Position numbers and translations under genes: made by a program | In this document: positions 63,933 to 64,000 of the stretch, piece after piece | Layout of the letters: every line of letters begins with the position of its first letter | Position numbering within the stretch: the stretch's first letter is position 1 | Assembly: GCA_964270895.1 (NCBI GenBank) | Contig: OZ185443.1 | DNA: 64,000 nt | Source: Podarcis filfolensis | Lineage: Eukaryota | Strand: one strand, 5' to 3' | The notes under the pieces: model-generated | Database searches by the model: none | Told to the model about the DNA's origin: nothing | Seen by the model: the letters and a program-made list of their open reading frames with translations, nothing else

Positions 63933-64000
63933 GGGACGCGGGTGGCGCTGTGGTCTAAACCACTGAGCCTCTTTGACTTGCCAATTGGAAGGTTGGCGGT
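63933..64000 (+). mobile_element. Sauria SINE 5' end (runs off the window)
   Basis: GGGACGCGGGTGGCGCTGTGGTCTAAACCACTGAGCC. Confidence 0.93.

Larger units (their letters stand above)
24250..64000 (+). other. SCFD2: SCFD2 large intron, continuing beyond the window
   Basis: No downstream SCFD2 peptide (e.g. ...RDIAGAR...ASYKPLLKQ) recognised in the ORF track or by eye. A small diverged exon could have been missed. Confidence 0.75.

Overview
Vertebrate genomic DNA from a squamate reptile, most likely a lacertid lizard (inferred from Sauria SINEs with (ACCTTT)n tails, BovB LINEs and other squamate SINE/MITE families). The only protein-coding content is two internal + strand exons of SCFD2 (6994-7169, 176 nt; 24000-24249, 250 nt; probably exons 4 and 5 by comparison with my recollection of the human gene). 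They are separated by a 16.8-kb intron and followed by more than 39 kb of intron. The rest is intronic DNA rich in transposable elements: Sauria and other tRNA-SINEs, BovB/RTE/L2 fragments, Tigger-, Tc2- and hAT-type MITEs, a deleted Gypsy element and LTR-like remnants. I found no prokaryote-like system, viral insert, RNA gene or novel protein gene. The most notable structures are: (1) a composite DNA transposon with 6-bp TSDs carrying a captured L2 3' tail, in three copies; (2) an RTE with an internally deleted Gypsy element nested inside it, both TSDs intact; (3) an 869-bp promoter/splice-acceptor/poly(A) element in sense to SCFD2; (4) a dispersed family of ~85-bp hairpins; (5) a MITE whose interior is a chain of hairpins, including a perfect 40-bp palindrome. 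Family names come from pattern recognition, not database searches. Any novelty must be checked against Dfam/Repbase.
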